Of a DNA stretch of 64,000 bases, positions 26,501 through 38,500 are shown in pieces; position 1 is the stretch's first letter; the number at the start of each line of letters is the position of its first letter. The stretch comes from Salpingoeca rosetta (taxonomy: Eukaryota > Protista > Choanoflagellata). A program made the translations under genes and the position numbers. The stretch is taken from contig JAWQFM010000001.1 in the NCBI GenBank assembly GCA_033442325.1, positions 1,835,479 through 1,899,478 on the forward strand, read 5' to 3'. The notes beneath the pieces are model-generated. The model did no database searches. It saw nothing but the letters and a program-made list of their open reading frames with translations, and had not been told where the DNA came from.

Positions 26501-29500
26501 TTGCGCTTGAGGTGGTCCATGTCTGCCCGGCTCAGGTTCAGCGTGAGCACAACGCCATTGCCGGAGGCAACGCGGGAGCTCCACACAACAGAGCCAACGA
26601 GCTCGGGTGCCAGGCCCCACACGTCATCCTCAGCGTACGGGCCGTACGCATCGCCGCTGGTCCAAAACGAAGCAAAGGTCACGCTTTCGCGCGAGTTTGG
26701 CCCCGTGCGCCCGTTGTGTGGGACAGACGACTGAGTCGCCGTCAGGAACGCGTCAGTGGACCGCGTGCCGCTGGCAGACTGCTGCGAGGCGGTTTGGCCC
26801 GTGTTGTCGGCAGAAACGACGCCGTGCTGGATGCCCTCGAGCTGCACATCGTAGCGGGGGAACCCGGTACCGCTCCGCAACTGCGTCACAGCCGCGTTTC
26901 CGAAGCTTGGCGCGCCGTTCTGGAACAGGTGTCCCTGAGACACGTTGAAAGACGCGCCGCCAGCGACGACCGTGAGCGAGATGTGCACCGTGTCGTCCCC
27001 GCGCCACTGAACAATGCGGGGGTTCACAGGCACCTGGAATGCGGTGTCGTCCATCACTTCAAACTTCAACACCGTGTCAGAAAACACGCCGCCGCCAAGG
27101 GAGACCGCAAACGTGAGCTCCAGCGGCTCCGACATGTCGTCGACGGCCTGAACGGTCGCAGCGGCTGGCGCGAGCGATCCTGCGCGAACGGCTTCACTAA
27201 AGGTGAATGTGATCTGATCGTTGGCAAGGTCGAGGTCAAAGGCCACCAGGGTCGGGCGGGTCACGTCCGGGGCAAAGTCTGTGACGGCAAACTCGTTTGT
27301 CTCTGAGGAAGGGTTGCGATGCACGTCCACGACAGCGCCAGCGGAGAGCGCGAGCGCGCAGTCGTCCACGCCGGTCTTGCAGAAGGAGCGCAGCTTGATC
27401 GCATTGAGCGTGTCGGTGTCGAACGCGGCCCGGATGTATCGCGATCGCCGCTCACTGCCAACCTGAACCAGGCTATTCAGGCGGACGGCGGCAAGCTCGT
27501 TGCTACTCGAAGCATTGGCAGCTGCCACAAAGGCCGCCGGTGCCACAAGTGACAGGTCTTGCAGGCGGACCAGCTTTGGCATGACGACCTCTTCGTAGAC
27601 GAGTGTGAGGGAGCCTGTGCTGTTCAGGTCTAGCCAGGCCTCCAGCAACTGCGGCGGCCGCACGTCAGGTACGTAGGCGCTGAGCGGCGTCTCCACGCGG
27701 ACCAGGACGTTGTTCGCGGCGTCCGCCAGTGTGTTTGAGACGAGCGACACCCACGTCATGTTCGCAACTGCGTTTGAGCCTTCTCCAAGAATGTAAGGCG
27801 AGAAGTCGAACACGGCTTTGATGGCATTCACATCGTCAATGTGCAGTGCCACAACCACACTGAGCGTGGTGGTGGGGCCGCTCATCGAGGCAGGCACGCT
27901 CACGGTGCTAAGCTCACTGAGGAACACGCGCACTTCCCCGCCACTCGTGTTGAACTGCACAAACGACACGCTGGTGACGTTGAAACCGTCTGCAAGGACA
28001 GGCTCGTTAAATGTCAACGCCAGCGTGTGGTTCGAGAGGTCCAGGATGGAGGAGGCGAGCTGCGGGCGGACCGTGTCTGGGACAAACGTGGCTGCACTCT
28101 GGTTGGCGATGGGGACGTTGCCGTTACCGGAGTGATCGACCAGCGTTCCCGCCAGCAGCTCGATGCGGGCCGACGCCGCGTCTTCGGCCAGGTTCAGGTC
28201 GAGCTGGAGCGCCGTCAAGTCCTGCAGTGACAGCGCGACCACCATCTGCGATCGCAGCTCGGCGTCGGCGTCCGCTGCCTGCGACGCAAAGCTCTGTGCG
28301 CCAAGCGTATGTCGCTGTCCACGCCCGTTGTGCAAGGTGATCTGTGACACGTTGGTCCACGCAGCCCTCACAGGCTCGTCGAAGGTGAGCTGGAGCGCAG
28401 CGCTGGTCAAGTTCAGCGCAAACGCCTGCAGGACAGGGCCGCTCACATCTGGCGCGTACGTGGACGGCACAAGCCCAGCGGCCGGTGCAACGGCCGGCGT
28501 CGGCAAGCCCTCTTGGTCAGTAACCAGCCCTGCGAGCGGGGCAAGGAAGGCGGTGCTCTGCACCAGCGCAACGTCATTCACGCGCAGCAGGTTCAGGTCG
28601 CGCAGACCCAAGACAGTGTCAACGACACGTGCGTCGGCAGAGCTGGTCACTACGACAGCGTTGCTCTGGCCAAGCGTGACTATGGCGCTCGGCGAACTGG
28701 GCGAGTCGTGGAAGCGAAGCGCCGCGGCGTCAAATGCGGTGTAGTCCACGGGCTCGTTGAAGGTCAGAGACAGCGCGCCGCTCGTCATGTTCAGCGCATA
28801 CCTCACCAGCTGCGGCTCCACGCTATCCGAGACAAATGCGTTGGCCTGCACGCGCGGAACGTCGCTGCCGGCAGCAAGGATGGCGTTGCCCTGAAGGTCC
28901 TGCGCAAAGCCGCTGGAAAAGCCAATGTACGCGGTGCTCTGGTTCCGGAACACTGCCTCTGCAAGCTTGATGGCATCCAGGTCCGCGGCGCCAACATTCA
29001 GCATCACCACGGTGCTGTCGACGGCAGCGGGATCAACGGACGTGTTGGTCAAAGGGACGCTACCACCTGCCGTGATGGCAGCACTGCCAGCCACAAAGCC
29101 CTGGCTCGGGTCGAGGGAGGCCTGCATTGGCTCGTCAAACACCAGCTGCAGTTGGCGAGTGTTCATGTTGAAGTTGAACCAGAGCAGCCGCGGTGCGACG
29201 TGGTCCAAGGTGACGCTCGCGTTCACCTGCTGCGCGTCGTTTCCGTTGTCGGGCAAGAGCGCCGTGTCCAGAAACGTGCCAGCACGCAGGTCAACCACGA
29301 CGCTGGCGAGGTCTGGCCCAAGCTTGAGCTTGAGCTCGTTCATGCGGGCTTGCGTGAGGGTGATTGACCCTGCCATGGATGCCTGTTGGGGAGCGCTCGG
29401 GTTGGACGCAACCACGTCCACGACGCTCGCATTGTTGAGTTGCACGGACTGACCCCTCGCGCGCAATGTGATGCCGTCGAGGGCAATGCGCGAGCGCTCG

Positions 29501-32500
29501 AAGCGCACGGGCTCATCGAAGCTCAAGAACAGCACCGCCGACGACAGGTTGAAGGCCCCAGACACAAGCAGCGGCGAAGTCGTGTCGCGGGCAAGCTCAC
29601 GCAATGGAACATCGGCACGCTCTGCCACGTCATTGCCTGCCACATCTCTGACCATACCGCTGCCGAAGCTGACACTGGCGGCGACATCGGCGCCTATGCC
29701 CTTTGCTTTCAGCGCAAGCGTGTCCTGCAGCGACAGCTGCACAACCATCGTCTGCCCAACGCAACATGGGGCTTCCACCGTCGATGGTATCATCACGCTA
29801 CTGCCAGGGCGTAGCTCGTGTGATGCCGGAGCGCCAGTCACGCTGTTGTTTGCTGTGTGCATGCTGATGAGTGTGGCATTCACGGACCCGAGGTCAATAA
29901 TCTCGGAGAAGGTCAGGCTCAGCTCTGCCCGAGTTGCGCTCATGTCCAGTGCAAGCGTGTCCAGCTGCGGCGTGCGCGCGTCCGCGACAAAACCAACCCC
30001 ATCACCGTCACTGCCCAGCTGTCGCGTGGCCACGTTGCCATTTGCAGCGCCGGCCATGGCATTGGCAACGGCAGCCATATCCAAGATTGCATTGTCAAGC
30101 AGCAGTGCAGCCAGCACCACGGGTTCTGTGTCCGACTCGCGCAGCAAGCCCGCGGGCTCCGTTGACGAGAGCGAAGCTGTGGGTGATCCGTACAAGCCCG
30201 TTTTGATGGCGGTGAGGTCAATGGATCCGAGGGACACATGCACGCGCGTGGTTGGAAGCCTGGCCGCAGGCACAAGGCTGCTGCTGAGCAAACCCCCAGC
30301 AACATCCGCATCGCCTGCTCCCAATCCAGACATCATTGCCGTTGTTAGCGGCACAAAGAAGTACGGGGGCGCCTGGCCAGCGAGGGCGGCGGAAGCCACG
30401 CTGCTCTGAGCACCTGCGATTGACAAGGCGCTCACGTTGAGCGTGGCTGCATCCACAGTTTCACTAAACTCCAGCGTCACGGTGCCGTTGTGAAGGTCAA
30501 GCTCAAACGACACCAACTCTGGCGGTGTTGTGTCTTGCGTGAATGCGGACGCAGCCATGGCATTGGACGCAGGCACGCCTTGTGACGGCTGCTGGTTCAT
30601 GCCATGCACAAAGCCAGCTGCGAGGGACACCCAAGTGGTGGCCTGGGACACCATGAGCGCGTCTCGCGCCTTGATGGCATTCAAATCACCTGCCCGAAGC
30701 GTGACATTGACGGTGTAAGAAGCAGCGGGGTGGCCCAGGGGCACGTCGAGGGGCTGAACGAGGGTGTACCATGAAGCAACGTCCGATGCAATGGCGCTCA
30801 TGTCCGCACCCGCTTGCACCGTGAGGGTTGCCGGCCCACGCGGGGTGCTTGTGTTGACAGGCGTGTCGAAGCGGAAGGAGAACGACCCCGCATCCAGGTT
30901 GGCAGTGAAGTGAAGCAGGCGCGGGTTGCGCGTATCCTCGACTACTAGCGCAGGCACGAGTCCCGCAACGGACAGCAGCGCATTTCCAACCACGTCGGAG
31001 GCAAAGGGGCTGGACGCCTGCACAGTGAAGTTTGTGGACAGCTGGACGGCAAAGGCCAGGCGATCCTCCTCCGTCAGTGAAATGCGCACGTGTCGGCGCC
31101 AGCCGGCGGAACCAAACACGCGCACATACTCCACGTCATTTCCGCTGGTCAGCTGAACCGTGTTGCCTGTGGTTGGAAACACAAACACCAGTGCCTCGCT
31201 CCTGATGCTCTCCAGCGGTACGGGCTCATCAAACGTGACTGTGACCGTGCCCACGTGCAGGTTGACCTCATTGACAGCGGCCAGGCTGGGACGATTCAGG
31301 TCTGGCACCACAACATCAAACAGCTGCAAGGCGCTGGGCTGTGCCTGGTTCCCAAAGGTGTCCTGAACCAGCTGCGCAGCAACAGAAAGCGTGAGGGCGG
31401 ATGTGTTCAGTAGCGGCCCGTACCCGAGGAGGAAGTCCAGGTCCGCTTCGGCAAGCTGCAGCTGCAGCTGATCGCCGTCCAGCTGCCCTGCCGGGTAGAG
31501 CACAGACCCAGCTGCAACCACAGCAGCCGTCCTGTTGCCAAAGCGAAGCTGGGAAGCATCAAGCGTACCCACCGTGACGGCCTCGGAGAAGGAGAGCTGG
31601 AGAGTTTCGGCCGTCAGGTTGAGGGCTGCTGACACAAGCCGCGGCCCCGTTGTGTCCGGGACAAACGGCGTGGCGGGGATGAGAGGATCAAACTCCGCCA
31701 TCGCGTTCCCGCTCATATCCGCCACAAAGGATGGAAACACCCTCAACCAGGCGTTGGTCGCCGTCTTCCACAGCGTCTGGCTGGCGAAGAGGCGAATTGC
31801 TTGCAGATCGTCGTACGTCAGCTGAACTGCAAGCTGCAGCCGCACATCATCGTGCACAACAACAGACCGGCATCCCGTGAGGTCGTAGGTTGCGGACCCC
31901 GCAGCCAGGCTCGTGGATACCTGTGCGCGCAATGTGCCCCCACTGCACGCTGCCGTGTCCACATCCACGGGCTCGTTGAATGTCAGAAGCAAGGTCTCGT
32001 TGTTCATGTTGATGGTGTATGACAGCATCTCTGGGCTTGTGGTGTCAGGAGTAAACACACCAATGGTCAGGTTGGTAACCGGCAGCGGATTCGCCGACAT
32101 GTCTGTGATGCCTCCCTCAGCAACAACCACAATACACGAGGCAGGCGGCGCCTGCCCAGAGGCAACCACCACAGCAGCGGCGCAGGGAACATGCACCTTC
32201 AGCCGGTGCATGTCACCGTCACTCAGCGCGAGGGTCACCCGCGTTCCGTTTACACCCTGAAACTCACTGGTTACTGCGCTATCCGCAGAAAGCACAACAC
32301 TGCCCTGCACAACAGGGTCTGTGCGGTTGCTGCCGGCAAACTGCGGATCTGCAATACGCACGGCGGTGCTCACCAGCGACCCCAAGTGCATGGCCTCCGA
32401 GAAGTTGAGGTGTAGGAGGCCGCGCTGCATGTCCAGGGCTGCGGCTTCCAGCGCAGGCTGCACACGGTCCTCAACGAAGACGGCGGGCTCCAGCGCAGAG

Positions 32501-35500
32501 AAACCGGCAATCCCATTGCCCTGCATATCGGTAATGGCCGCTGGGTCCATGTTCACCCTGCATGAATCGCTGCTGTAGCACAGCGCAAGGTCAAGCTGAA
32601 TTGCGTCGGCGTCGCGCTGGTGAATGGCGACCGTCAGCAGACGCCCAACGCCAGATGTCGCGCGCGAATGCGGAAGAGCAACGCTCGCGCCGGCAGCCAG
32701 GTTTTGCACGCGCAAGCTCGCCAAGCGCAGCGAGCTCGGCTCCACAGGCTCGTCAAACAGGATGGTGAGGCGCAGCTGGTCCAAATCCACGCTGGCGTTG
32801 ATGGCTGTGGGAGCCGTTGCGTCCGCAACGAAGGTGTCTGCGCGCACCAGTGCTGCTTGGGAGGTGGGCAGGGCGTTGTTGTTTGTATCGGTCACAAAAG
32901 CCCCATACACAAGGGAGGCCGTGCTTGCATTCACGGCGAGATGACGCAGCCTCTTCACGCCATTAGCACAAGCGCGCGTCAGCAACACGGCGAGCTCCGT
33001 ATCCTGTACATCAAGGCTCACTTGCCCATCCACGGTCACGAGCAACACTGAACCAGCAGCTCCCTCGGCGGCTAGCGACACGTTCTGGATGTTGATGGAA
33101 GCTGGCAGCACGGGTTCGTCGAAGGTGAGGGTGAGGAGGGCAGCATTCATGTCCAGCGAAAACGCCGTCAGTGCGGGCGAAACAACATCCGCCCCAAACG
33201 ACGTCACCCCAATGGCGTCCCCGCTCACAACCGTCGACACGACCTCGTTCCCGCTCATGTCTCGCACCAGCCCGCTGTCAACAGACACGTCGCACGTCGC
33301 CGCGTCAACGCACAGCAGCGTCCGCCGCTTGATCTCAAACACATCAAACGCAGACAGCGACACCTCAATCACAAGCCCGTCTCCGCTCAGCACCGTCCCT
33401 TGCTCCGCAAACCAGTACATGCTGGCGTTTGTCTGCATTGTACTGGCCATGCTGCTGTTGCTGCTGAGGCGCAAGCTGGTGAGATCGAAGGAGGATGCGT
33501 TGACCGTCTCGTCAAAGGTGAGGGTGAGGACCTCAGTCGTCATGTTCAGGCTCGCCGCCACCAGCTGTGGTGCAGTCACATCAGCAGAGACTGCGGCGGC
33601 TTGCAGACCACTGTCGCTTGCGATGGTGACCACCGCATTGCCATGCATGTCCGCGCATGCGGTCTCGTCCATGGCGAGGAACGTGTCCTGCACGGTGGTG
33701 CCAAGGCCGGTAAAGCGCTTGACGGTATTGAGATCGTCCTCCAGCACTGTGATTGTCACCACCTTGAACAGCGGTGGAAGCGCAGCAACACCGCGCACAC
33801 CAGCCAGTCTCAAGGAAGAGACCGGCGCAGCGTCCGACGATTGCAGTGTGATGGCGCTTGCGTTGAACGTTGTGTTGGCGTCCATGGGCTCACTGAAGGT
33901 CAGCGTCAGCACACCCGCGTCCACACTCCAGGCGAAGCTCTCCAGCGCGGGTCGTGTGGTATCCGGCGTAAATGCCGCGACGGCCAGAGGCGTGTTGTTC
34001 GTTGCCACAGCAATGCCCTGCATGTCAGAGACGAGGGCGCCCGAGAACGCCACAGAGACGTTGGCTGCGTTCACAGCTAGGCTCCGCTCAACAAACACAC
34101 GATGGAGATCTTCCGTGAGCAGGGACACCACCAATTCGTACGGCCCGCCCGTCACGTTGGAGGCGCCTTGCAACCTCACACTCTCCCCTGGCGCATGTTT
34201 CTCGTTGTTCTGTTGGAGGACGATGTCCGAGGGCGCAATGGTGGCAATGTCCGTCGGCTCCGAGAACGACAGAGTGAGGGTGGCGGAAACAAGATCCAAC
34301 TCAGCGGCCTCCAAGGTGGGTGGCACAGAGTCTGCTTGGAATGCGTCCGCTTGCATGGCATCAGTAGTGGCAACTTCCACGCAAGGGTTGCCGACCGCGT
34401 CGACAACAGCACCCTCGCCCAGCGCTATGAAAGCTGTTGACACGGCAGTGTGTCGGGCAAGCTTGATCGCTTCCATATCCGTCTCTGACAGCTGCACTTC
34501 AATCAAATCTGACAGCATGAGCGGATCCCGCTTTGAAATCAGTGAGCCCTGCCGGGCCACGCTGGTCGCGACGCGCACCTGTTCAACAACGGAGCCAGTG
34601 TTGCTGTTGTTGCTGTTCTGCAGGATCACATCCGCAAGACGGAGGCTCGTGGCATTGATGGGCTCGTCGAAGGTGAGGGTGAGGAGGGCAGCGTCCATGT
34701 CCAGCGAAAACGCCGTCAGTGCGGGCGAAACAACATCCGCCCCAAACGACGTCACCCCAATGGCGTCCCCGCTCACAACCGTCGACACGACCTCGTTCCC
34801 GCTCATGTCTCGCACCAGCCCGCTGTCAACAGACACGTCGCACGTCGCCGCGTCAACGCACAGCAGCGTCCGCCGCTTGATCTCAAACACATCAAACGCA
34901 GACAGCGACACCTCAATCACAAGCCCGTCTCCGCTCAGCACCGTCCCTTGCTCCGCAAACCAGTACATGCTGGCGTTTGTCTGCATTGTACTGGCCATGC
35001 TGCTGTTGCTGCTGAGGCGCAAGCTGGTGAGATCGAAGGAGGATGCGTTGACCGTCTCGTCAAAGGTGAGGGTAAGGACCTCAGTTGTCATGTTCAGGCT
35101 CCCCGCCACCAGATTCGGTGATACGATATCTTGCGAGAGCTGAAGACATGTAAGGTTGAAGCTGTCCTGTGCCGGGTTCCCGGAGGTGTCTTTGACGACG
35201 GGCGACACAAACACCAAGAAGCAGTTGTCTTCGCGCGAACACAGGTCAGCGCGACGCTTGATTTCGTTCAACACATGCTCCTGAAGCACAAACCGAACAC
35301 CCATTGGATAGGCATCCTGTCCAGGGATGGGCGTGCCGTCAACACCGACAGAGACAACAACGCCACTGCCACCGCCATCGCTGTCTGGCACCAACGCAAG
35401 CGCAGACGGATCGAAGGTGGACAGGTTCAAGGGCTCATCGAAAGCAAGATCCAGCACCCCGCTGGTTAAGTTGAACACGAATTGCGTTGCGCTGGGCTTG

Positions 35501-38500
35501 ATCTGATCCGCGGTGAAGTTTGTCACCTGCACGGCCGCCTCTGGTGGAATGGTGACAATGGCGTTGCCAGCCATATCTCTGACAGCAACGCCGTTGCTGT
35601 TGTCCACCGTGAGAAACGTGTTGCTGGATTGAGAGGCGACGGCCGGTAGGGCCTTGAGCCGGTTGGCCACCGTCTCATTCAGCGCCATGACAACAAGGTC
35701 CTGGTCCCAATACGTCAGGTCCAGACCAAACAGGGTGACAGTGGCGGAAGGTGTCGCAGCCTGTGAACTGACCAGGCTCAAAGAGCGGCTGGTGAGGCTG
35801 CTGGCGTTGACAGTCTCGGAGAAGGAGAGCGTCAGCTCAAGGTTGTTCATGTCCAGGTTGAACGAGCGAAGCTGCGGGGCGGTTGTGTCTGCCACGTGGC
35901 AGTCGCCCTCGCGCAGCGCCGTCTGCTCATACTCGCTTGTCAGCCAGTTGCCGTTTGTGTCTTGAACGGTAAAGGCAGTGGCCTTGAGGAACGTAGAGTC
36001 GCGAGAGGTAGCCAGGGTAGGCATCGCCTTCATGTCATTGAGTGCGGCGTGTGTGAGTGACACCTCAAGAACCGTGTTATACTCAGCGGTGCCGGCACCA
36101 GCTGATGATGTGTTGGCAGCCACGCTGCCCACGAGCGACAACGCCAAGGGATAGGCGGACAGCGCGTCTCCTCCCCCCGTCACCGACGACGCGTTTGCGG
36201 CCGACTGCAGTGTCAGCGAAGAAACCAGAACAGAGGACACGTTGACCACCTCGGAAAAGCTCAGGGTGAGAACCCCCGCGTCCATGTTGAGGCAGAAGCC
36301 CTGCAGAGAGGGGCGGCCGAGGTCTGGTGTAAAAGTGCTCATGCCAATGCCGGTTTGGCTGATCAGGGCGTTGCCCACCATATCCCCGCCAAGCGCGCGT
36401 GTACCAACGCTGACATGGCAGTTGCTGGCTGAAGTGCACAGGCCTGGGCGAACCTTAACTGCAGTGATATCAGCTGTGCTCATCTGGAATGTCGCCTGCA
36501 GCAGGCCCAGTGCATGAGGTCCGGACACGAGGGTCGTGCCAGACGTGAGTGCAACGGTTTCGCCACCGGTTCCTGTCGCTTGCAGCTCAATGGCAGTGGC
36601 ATCAAGCGTGGTGGTTCGAATGGGCTCCGAGAAGCTCAACGTCAGGGTGCCGTCGTGCATGGAGATGCTGGCTTGAACAATGGTGGGTGCGACATTGTCT
36701 GCGACATAGCTGGCAGCTTGAAGGGCCGTCTGGCCAGCCAGGCGAGCCACAACTGGCAGACCGGCTTGGTCCTGCACGGCACCGGCATCCAAGGCCAGCC
36801 AAGCGCGTGCCTGTGTGTTGCCGATCTCGCGCACGCGCAAGGTGTTTGCGTCATTGGCCCCAATGTTGACGGTGAGGGAAGACGCATCGACCAGGGACGA
36901 GGCAGCCAACGCACTGCTACCACTGGAGAGGGCGTACACTGGCGCCACAATGCCAGAAGAGTCTGCCATGAGCCGCAGCCCGCCGATGACCAGCGACGTG
37001 GCATCCACGGGCTCGCTGAAGCTCAGCGTGAGGGTGTTGAGCCTCATATCCAGGTCAAACGACACGAGCCGTGGCGCGCGCGTGTCGCGCTGAAAGCCAG
37101 CGACAGCCAGCGCCGAAGTGCTGCTCACTGGTGAGAGCGCATTTCCTGCCATGTCCCTGACCAGGTCTGCAGATGCGCTGATGAACGTCGTGGTGTTATC
37201 AAGACACAAGCCCTCATAGAGCTTGATTTGATCCACATCCTCCTTGGTCATGTTGACGAGCAGCTGCAGGCCACTAGTGCTCATGGAAACACCGCCAGTG
37301 AGCGTGTGCTGCTGCTGACTGGTGATGCCTGCTGCTGCTTGAAGCGTAATTGCCTGGGCTTTGAACGTGGACGCGTTGACGGGCTCATCAAAGTTGAGCG
37401 TGAGCTGCTCCAAGTCAAGATCCAGGGAGAAGGACGTCAGGGACGGCGCTGCGCTGTCTTGCGCAAACGAGGCAACCTGCAGTGCCGCTGCCATGGGTGC
37501 GAGGTCGTTGGGGAGCGGCTCAGACATGTCTGCAACGGTGCCCGCATCCAGCTGCACGTACGTTGTGCCCTGGTTGACAGCAAGTCCCGTCAGCAGCTTC
37601 ACGTCGTGCAAGTCAGTGGTTGCAATAACCACGTCCACGACGCGTGTATAGTTGGCGTTGGTGGCCGAAACGCGGCTGCCTGCCGAGAGGCGGTGCGCCT
37701 GGAATGAGGTCGCTGGTGGGTTCAACGGAGACGGGCTGGATGCATTGGCGCTGTTCTGCAACACAATTGCCGTCACATCAAGCTCAAACGCTTGCACGGG
37801 CTCATCAAAGGTCAAGGAGAGCGCGCCCATGTTGTTTGCCAGCGATAGGCTGGCAGCAAAGAGGGTAGGCCTGGTAGCGTCCGCCGTGACGCTGGAGGCA
37901 GAGAGGTGCTGCGCGGGCGTGCTCCCAACTTCAAGCACGGGCAAGTGCACCATGTCCCGAATAAAGCCGCTGCTCAGTGCCACAAATGTGTTGTTGACAT
38001 TGGTGGCCACAGACGGGCGCTGCTTGAGGTTGTTCAGGTCTGCTGTCGTCAACGGAAGGGACACGACCGCGGCGAAGACGCTGGGCTGGGTCTGCACGCC
38101 ACTCAGCTGCACAAGCCCCAGGCTGGGGTTCACCTGGGCAGAGTCGAGGGTGCTGTCGCTACCATTGCCCGCAAGCCACTGCTGGACAAGTGCTTGCTCG
38201 GTAGAGAGACCTCCGTTGTACACAACCAGGCGTGCCGGCACAACACTGCTGCCATTCACCGTCTCGGAAAAGGACAGCGTCAGGAGACCGGCGTCCATGT
38301 CCAAGTCAAACGCGTCCAGGGTAGGCTGTGTTGCATCCGCAACATACGCCACAGTCGCCACAACAGCACCGGCCGCCAGTGCGTTGCCGTGCATGTCCTC
38401 AATAGCGCCGCTTGCCAGCGAGACCCAAGCGGAAGCTGCGTTCGTGGCGAGAGCGGGCCGCGCCTTGATCGCGTCGACGACGGCACGGGACAAGGAAACC

